Shown here: in pieces, positions 60,465 through 64,000 of the stretch
Numbering within the stretch: the first letter of the stretch is position 1
Layout: the number at the start of each line of letters is the position of its first letter
Origin: an uncultured Alphaproteobacteria bacterium
Lineage (GTDB): Bacteria > Pseudomonadota > Alphaproteobacteria > CAAHEQ01 > UBA3637
Direction: 5' to 3'
Assembly (NCBI GenBank): GCA_949292205.1
Contig: CASEYR010000001.1
Location: forward strand, 155,530 to 219,529
Length of the DNA stretch: 64,000 nt
Made by a program: the position numbers and the translations under genes
The notes under the pieces: generated by a model
The model's input: only the letters and a program-made list of their open reading frames with translations
What the model was told of the DNA's origin: nothing
The model's database searches: none

Positions 60465-63266
60465 ATGATGGTCAATCGCCCCACGATTTGTCTGATTGAT
60501 GGTTCGGGATATATTTTTAGAGCATTTTATGCGTTACCTCTTATGACGCGTCCAGATGGAGCGCCTGTCAATGCGGTGTATGGTTTCACAAGTATGCTGA
60601 TGAACCTTAGTCAAGATAATATATGTTCGCATATCGTGGTTGTATTCGATGCCAAACGACGTAACTTCAGAAATGAAATTTACTCTGCTTATAAAGAAAA
60701 CAGAAAGGAAACACCTCCGGATCTTGTCCCTCAATTTCCCTTAATCCGTCAAGCCTGTGAGGCTTTAAACATTCCTTGGATTGAGATGGAAGGTTATGAG
60801 GCCGATGATCTTATCGCAACGTATGCTCGTTTGGCAAATGAGAAAGGTTGGGAAGCTCGGGTTATTTCTGCGGATAAGGACTTAATGCAGCTTAAAAAAG
60901 AGCATATATCCGTCTATGATCCGATGAAAAAAAAGCTTATTACGAACGAAGATATTCTGCTAAAATTCGGTGTAACTGCCGATAAGGTTACGGATGTTCA
61001 ATCCTTGATGGGTGATGCCGTGGATAATATTCCGGGAGCAACCGGTATCGGCCCAAAAACAGCAGCTCAACTAATCAACCAATTTGGATCTTTAGATAAT
61101 TTGCTGGCTCATTTAGATGAGATTCCTCAGGAAAAAAGACGCGAAGGCTTAAAAAGAGATAAGGAACAAATTCTCATTTCAAGACAGTTGGTTGTTCTAA
61201 ATGATCATGTGCCTGTTCAGACAGAACCGGATGAGTTCTTTATTCGTGAGCCAAATATCACTGCCCTTTCTGAATTTTTAAGTGAAAATAATTTTAAAAG
61301 CTTATTGACTCGTGTCCAAAACTGGAGCGATAAAAGAACAAAAATTGTCGGAAATTGTCAGCTTGATATGTCTTTTGAAGAGAATCAAAATTATTCTACT
61401 CTTGAAAAAAAAGCCGATGTTATCAAACCTCAATATACTTTAATTCAAACAACAGCAGATTTAAAAAACTGGTTAACAAATATCAAGGACAAGGTTGCCA
61501 TTGATACAGAAACGACAAGTCTAGATGTGGCAGAGGCTCGATTGGTTGGCTTTTCCTTAGGGGTTGAAAACGGAAAAGCGTGTTATGTTCCATTACGTCA
61601 CGGAGATTTAAATGAGAATTTTTCAACCGATTTGTTTGATTTTCAAAATAAAAACAGACCAAAACAAATTGATGTGAAAGAGGCTCTTACTCTGTTAAAA
61701 CCCATTTTAGAAGATAAAAATATCCTTAAAATCGGACATAACATTAAATATGATATGCATATTTTGGCTTGCGAATACGGTAAAGAGTTTAAAATAGATC
61801 CTATTGATGACACTATGGTTATGAGTTCTGTTTTGGACGGAACAACCCATGGGCACGGAATGGATGAATTATCGGATTTATTTTTAAATCACACAACAAT
61901 TAAATATACCGACATCTGCGGAACAGGACGATCTAAAATCACTTTTAATGAAGTTCCTTTAGAGCAAGCCTGTACTTATGCTGCCGAAGATGCCGATATT
62001 ACGTTCAGACTGCACGCCTTGTTTTCCGAACGCCTTAAAAATGAAGACCCTCAACACATTTATGAAAATATTGACCGTCCCTTGATCTCAATCCTGTTTC
62101 GTATGGAGCGTGCCGGCATTTTGGTTGACAGACAACACCTATCTTCCCTTGGAATTTTATTTTCAAAAAAACTTTCTATGTTAACCCAGAAAATATATCA
62201 GCTCGCGGGAGAAGAGTTCAATATTAACTCTCCGGCGCAATTAGGTGTCATTCTCTTTGAAAAACAAGGTCTTGAGGGTGGAAAAAAAGGTGCTAACGGG
62301 GCTTGGACAACAGATGTAAAAGTGTTGGAAAATCTATCATTGTCCGGTTCGAAACTGGCTCGAACTGTTTTGGAATACCGCAGTTTTGCGAAACTTAAAA
62401 GTACTTATGTCGATTCTCTGCTGGATTTATCCTTAAAAGACCCTCGTATTCATACCTCATTTTCACTAACAGCCACTAATACCGGTCGTTTGACCTCTTC
62501 GGAACCAAACTTACAAAACATTCCTATTCGGACAGAAGATGGCAAGGAAATCCGCAGGTCTTTCATTTCTCGCCCTGGGTATCAGCTGATTGCGGCTGAT
62601 TATTCTCAAATTGAACTCCGCCTGATGGCCGAAGTTGCTAACGTTAAATTGTTAAAGGAGTCTTTTCTTGAAAACGAGGACATCCATGCCAGAACTGCCT
62701 CTCAAATATTTCATATTCCGTTAGATGAAATCGATTCAGATACTCGCCGACGTGCAAAAGCAATCAATTTTGGCATTATTTATGGCATCTCGGCTTTTGG
62801 TCTCTCTAATAATTTGGGAATTGAACGAAGTGAGGCAAAAAAATACATTGACTCTTATTTTGAACAGTACCCTGAAATACGGTCCTATATGCAACAAACG
62901 GAAGCGTTTGCTCTTGAACATAAGTATGTTCTGACCCCTTTCGGACGCAAGTGCTTTATTCAAGGGCTGGATAATGGAAAAACAAGGAGTTTTGCCTTGC
63001 GTTCTGCTATAAATGCTCCTATTCAGGGAGGGGCTGCCGATATTATAAAAAAAGCAATGATTGCCATTGATAATCGATTATCTTCGGCCGAATTAGATTG
63101 TACTTTGTTACTACAGGTTCATGATGAGCTCATTTTTGAAGTTCTTGAAAAAGATGTTGCAACAGCCTCTGCCCTTATCAAGGAAACGATGGAGAAAGTC
63201 GTCCCTTTATCCATTCCTTTGATTGCAGATATCGGGATAGGCAAAAATTGGAAAGAAGCTCATTAG
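60465..63266 (+). CDS. polA: DNA polymerase I
   Basis: 5'-3' exonuclease, DTETT 3'-5' exonuclease, ADYSQIELR, KAINFGIIYG and QVHDEL. Confidence 0.97.
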   Translation: MMVNRPTICLIDGSGYIFRAFYALPLMTRPDGAPVNAVYGFTSMLMNLSQDNICSHIVVVFDAKRRNFRNEIYSAYKENRKETPPDLVPQFPLIRQACEALNIPWIEMEGYEADDLIATYARLANEKGWEARVISADKDLMQLKKEHISVYDPMKKKLITNEDILLKFGVTADKVTDVQSLMGDAVDNIPGATGIGPKTAAQLINQFGSLDNLLAHLDEIPQEKRREGLKRDKEQILISRQLVVLNDHVPVQTEPDEFFIREPNITALSEFLSENNFKSLLTRVQNWSDKRTKIVGNCQLDMSFEENQNYSTLEKKADVIKPQYTLIQTTADLKNWLTNIKDKVAIDTETTSLDVAEARLVGFSLGVENGKACYVPLRHGDLNENFSTDLFDFQNKNRPKQIDVKEALTLLKPILEDKNILKIGHNIKYDMHILACEYGKEFKIDPIDDTMVMSSVLDGTTHGHGMDELSDLFLNHTTIKYTDICGTGRSKITFNEVPLEQACTYAAEDADITFRLHALFSERLKNEDPQHIYENIDRPLISILFRMERAGILVDRQHLSSLGILFSKKLSMLTQKIYQLAGEEFNINSPAQLGVILFEKQGLEGGKKGANGAWTTDVKVLENLSLSGSKLARTVLEYRSFAKLKSTYVDSLLDLSLKDPRIHTSFSLTATNTGRLTSSEPNLQNIPIRTEDGKEIRRSFISRPGYQLIAADYSQIELRLMAEVANVKLLKESFLENEDIHARTASQIFHIPLDEIDSDTRRRAKAINFGIIYGISAFGLSNNLGIERSEAKKYIDSYFEQYPEIRSYMQQTEAFALEHKYVLTPFGRKCFIQGLDNGKTRSFALRSAINAPIQGGAADIIKKAMIAIDNRLSSAELDCTLLLQVHDELIFEVLEKDVATASALIKETMEKVVPLSIPLIADIGIGKNWKEAH

Positions 63267-63269
63267 AAC

Positions 63270-63294
63270 AAAAAAAACGCCGAAAAAATCGGCG
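63270..63294 (-). terminator. Terminator between convergent genes
   Basis: CGCCGA-AAAAA-TCGGCG with an adjacent A run. Confidence 0.55.
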
Positions 63295-63319
63295 CCTGAA
63301 GACAATACGATATATAACA

Positions 63320-64000
63320 TTAATAGTCATCATTCAGAATAATTGTCGTTGTCTTTTTAGATGTCTTTTGCGGTTGCGCCGTCTGAATATCCGGAACAAC
63401 GGAAACGATCGTATCATAAAGACTTTTTAGTTCATTTGTATATAAATGATCTGCCTTGGGTAACATACGATACACCACATTAACAAAACGATGAGTATCA
63501 AGTTGTTCAGCTAAAGCAGAAACACTATTTTCATCAACAATAACATCCTTTCCCCCTTGAACAATTAATCCGGAAGCCGGACAGGGTGATAAAAAAGAAA
63601 AATCATGTGTATTCGTCGGCGGAGTTACAAAAGTAAAACCTTTAATTTCAGGACGACGCATTAAAACTTGAGCCGCTATCCATGCTCCAAAAGAATAACC
63701 GGCAATCCAACACTGATTAGAATCCTGACCCATATTTTGAAGCCAATCCAAAGCTACAATTGCATCACTTAACTCTCCCGCACCGGTTCCATCAACCTCC
63801 CCTTGAGAATAACCGACACCACGAAAATTAAAACGAAGAACAGAAAAACCCATATTGACAAATGCTTGAAAAATAGTGTATGTCACACGATTATTCATTG
63901 TTCCACCTTGAATTGGATTAGGATGTAATACCAATACCAAAGGTGCTCGCGGATTTTCGGAGCGATGAAAGCGCCCCTCTAAACGACCTGAAACTCCATT
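63320..64000 (-). CDS. Alpha/beta hydrolase (5' end outside window)
   Basis: GRLEGR, HPNPIQGGTMNN, RFNFRGVG and GYSFG; frame stays open to the window edge. Confidence 0.9.
   Translation of the reverse strand, partial: NGVSGRLEGRFHRSENPRAPLVLVLHPNPIQGGTMNNRVTYTIFQAFVNMGFSVLRFNFRGVGYSQGEVDGTGAGELSDAIVALDWLQNMGQDSNQCWIAGYSFGAWIAAQVLMRRPEIKGFTFVTPPTNTHDFSFLSPCPASGLIVQGGKDVIVDENSVSALAEQLDTHRFVNVVYRMLPKADHLYTNELKSLYDTIVSVVPDIQTAQPQKTSKKTTTIILNDDY

Overview
About 64 kb of an AT-rich chromosome from a probably anaerobic, host-associated alphaproteobacterium (gcrA, ihfB, alpha-type chorismate mutase fusion, [FeFe] hydrogenase, D-lactate dehydrogenase-like enzyme). Most of it is housekeeping: valS, accBCD, tyrS, aspS, der, xerC, priA, a MacAB-TolC-type exporter, xseB, ispA, nth, polA. 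It also holds a complete N-type ATPase operon (atpDCQRBEFAG). The main finding is an intact diversity-generating retroelement (DGR) in an accessory region downstream of tRNA-Leu. Avd (40312-40710), a 109-bp template repeat (40809-40917) and a DGR-type reverse transcriptase (40943-42310) face a convergent 126-aa secreted C-type-lectin-like target. The target's variable repeat (42538-42646, minus strand) differs from the template at 11 positions, all template adenines. Unusual aspects: TR and VR form an inverted repeat around the RT; a Cys-rich type IV pilin-like gene without a VR occupies the usual target position; and a diverged target-like fragment follows the RT stop codon in frame. Other findings: a three-copy hairpin-rich intergenic element with a compensatory base-pair change, a 1.2-kb islet at tRNA-Thr bounded by a 20-bp direct repeat, and a frameshifted Cys-rich secreted peptide gene. 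All calls come from reading the sequence and recalled motifs; no database search was run.
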